Assembly (NCBI GenBank): GCA_943358095.1 | Contig: CALRGT010000003.1 | Coordinates: 6,169 to 70,168, forward strand | DNA length: 64,000 nucleotides | Direction: 5' to 3' | From: an uncultured Candidatus Saccharimonas sp. | Lineage (GTDB): Bacteria > Patescibacteriota > Saccharimonadia > Saccharimonadales > AQU-01 | Shown here: positions 62,588 to 64,000 of the stretch, piece after piece | How the letters are laid out: every line of letters starts with the position of its first letter | How positions within the stretch are numbered: the stretch's first letter is position 1 | The notes under the pieces: generated by a model | What the model was told of the DNA's origin: nothing | Databases searched by the model: none | What the model saw: only the letters and a program-made list of their open reading frames with translations | Made by a program: the position numbers and the translations under genes

Positions 62588-63370
62588 ATGAAAGGTAACT
62601 ATATGGCTACATATTGGCACGTAATATTTTATTCGATGATCGGTGGTGTTTTTTCTTTACTGGGTGGCATATTACTTCTTAGCAGACAAAAAAGTGCCGA
62701 AGTTTTAGCAAGATACGCTACTCCATTTGCGGCTGGAGCTCTCTTGTCAGCAGTATTTCTTGATCTATTAACTGACGGGCTCGAAGTTTCAAGCCCAGAA
62801 TCAGTCATGTGGTCGGTACTTGTAGGTATCTCTATTTTCTTCTTCCTAGAAAGATTTTTAAGATGGTTTCATCATCATCATGCCCACGCAGGTGATGTAA
62901 TAAGCCACAGAGTAGGAATGATAGTAATCGGCGACACGCTGCATAATGCCCTAGACGGTGTCGCCATTGCCGCAAGCTTCCTAATAAGCGTGCCAACCGG
63001 TATCGTTACAACTATTGCGGTTGCCGCTCATGAAATACCCCAGGAAGTTGGTGATTTTGGTTTGTTACTTGCAAGAGGCATGAGTCGCAGAGCCGTTTTG
63101 ATTGTGAATTTCTTTAGCGCACTGGCCACGGTACTTCTTGCCGTTATTACATTTGCGCTTGGAAGTGAGCAGAGATTACCAATCGGGATACTAATTGGAC
63201 TAAGCGCTGGATTCTTACTATATATTGCAATGAGCGACCTAATACCTGGTATACATGAGAGTTCGCCTAAAAAGAAATTGTTTGACTGGCGTCCAGTAAT
63301 GTTCGTCTTGGGCATTGTTACTGTCGCGGTCTCAATACAGATAGCTCATAGACTTACGCTCGTCGGTTAA
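62588..63370 (+). CDS. ZIP family zinc transporter (ZupT-like)
   Basis: 8 TM. His-rich loop WFHHHHAH and HNALDGVAIA / HEIPQEVGDF signature helices. Confidence 0.9.
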   Translation: MKGNYMATYWHVIFYSMIGGVFSLLGGILLLSRQKSAEVLARYATPFAAGALLSAVFLDLLTDGLEVSSPESVMWSVLVGISIFFFLERFLRWFHHHHAHAGDVISHRVGMIVIGDTLHNALDGVAIAASFLISVPTGIVTTIAVAAHEIPQEVGDFGLLLARGMSRRAVLIVNFFSALATVLLAVITFALGSEQRLPIGILIGLSAGFLLYIAMSDLIPGIHESSPKKKLFDWRPVMFVLGIVTVAVSIQIAHRLTLVG

Positions 63371-63395
63371 GTTTAAATTAATGTACAATATAGGT

Positions 63396-64000
63396 ATGCA
63401 AGAAATTATATTATTATTTTTGGTAGTCAATGCCGGCTTAGTAATATTTTTAATTCGATCCAAGAAACCTAGTCAAGACAGTCAGTCGCAATTAATGCTC
63501 AAGGCCGACATACAAGCTATGAGCGCTCAAGTTGAGAAGTTGCAAGAGAAGCTTAGCGGGCAGCTCGACACCAAACTAGACAAGAATCAAGAAAGTATGT
63601 CGCGTCAGCTAGCGTCAAGCGCCAAACTAGTAGCCGAAGTGACAGAGCGTTTGACTCGGCTTGATGAGACAAATAAGAGAGTTGTTGATGTTGCTGACGA
63701 GCTAAAGCAATTACAAAATGTTTTGCAGAATCCAAAACAGCGCGGAGTTTTGGGTGAGTTTTACTTAGAGCAAATACTTCAGAATTTATTGCCGCCAGGA
63801 TCATATGAACTTCAATATAAATTAACTGATGGATTTATAGTTGACGCCGTAATTATGCTAGACGGTAAAATGTTGCCGATTGACAGTAAGTTTAGTTTAG
63901 AGAACTATAACCGTTTGATAGATGCAAAAGGCGCAGAACGCAAATTATTGGAACGAGCCTTTAAGGATGATCTCAAAAAGCGCATCGACGAAACAGCAAA
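63396..64000 (+). CDS. rmuC: DNA recombination protein RmuC (3' end outside window)
   Basis: N-terminal TM, coiled coil, then NPKQRGVLGEFYLEQIL ... DAVIMLDGKMLPIDSKF, typical of RmuC. Open to the window end. Confidence 0.85.
   Translation, partial: MQEIILLFLVVNAGLVIFLIRSKKPSQDSQSQLMLKADIQAMSAQVEKLQEKLSGQLDTKLDKNQESMSRQLASSAKLVAEVTERLTRLDETNKRVVDVADELKQLQNVLQNPKQRGVLGEFYLEQILQNLLPPGSYELQYKLTDGFIVDAVIMLDGKMLPIDSKFSLENYNRLIDAKGAERKLLERAFKDDLKKRIDETA

Noticed and set aside
1-64000. CRISPR arrays, transposases, integrases, prophage structural genes, rRNA
   Set aside because: No regularly spaced direct repeats were found, and no ORF has recombinase, transposase or capsid/terminase-like motifs. 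The tRNA-associated repeats therefore have no cognate enzyme in this window.
1-64000. Alternative genetic code (UGA recoding, as in some candidate-phyla lineages)
   Set aside because: All conserved genes (ligA, leuS, typA, zwf, kup, metK) are full length and uninterrupted under the standard bacterial code.

Overview
Compact, gene-dense bacterial chromosome segment read in the standard code. It holds roughly 70 supportable protein genes and 8 tRNA genes, all with encoded CCA. I found no rRNA, no CRISPR array and no recognisable transposase, integrase or phage structural gene.

Housekeeping backbone: ligA, murF-ddl, leuS, rpmF, nusB, a Nudix gene, rnc, rpsP-KH-trmD, metK behind a SAM-I-type riboswitch, typA, pgl-zwf, kup, a corA-like gene, lemA-htpX and rmuC.

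Accessory content:
- a heliorhodopsin
- Ni-superoxide dismutase with its SodX protease
- a SOUL/TspO pair
- a GT2-GtrA-(polytopic membrane + PIG-L deacetylase) glycosylation module
- a capB/capC/capA-type poly-gamma-glutamate cluster with a CHAP hydrolase
- two tandem WhiB-like genes
- three tandem paralogs of an unknown family
- a Zur-like/ZIP pair

The gene content (monoderm-type envelope genes, many small membrane orphans, heliorhodopsin, WhiB-like genes) fits a reduced-genome monoderm such as a Saccharibacteria/CPR-like organism. That assignment is inference only.

Most unusual signals, all non-coding or start-codon related:
1. Four of the eight tRNA genes (Val, Phe, Gly, Ala) carry trailers built from inverted plus direct fragments of their own sequence, bracketed by two terminators. 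tRNA-Ala also has a matching leader.
2. Two diverged ~220-nt rod-like hairpin elements with paired (compensatory) substitutions sit in inverted orientation around a 2.3-kb cassette. The cassette carries the heliorhodopsin, and the elements' 5' hairpin and 3' terminator modules are each reused once more inside it.
3. Two conserved genes (metK and a Nudix gene) have conserved N-termini reachable only from in-frame AUU codons.
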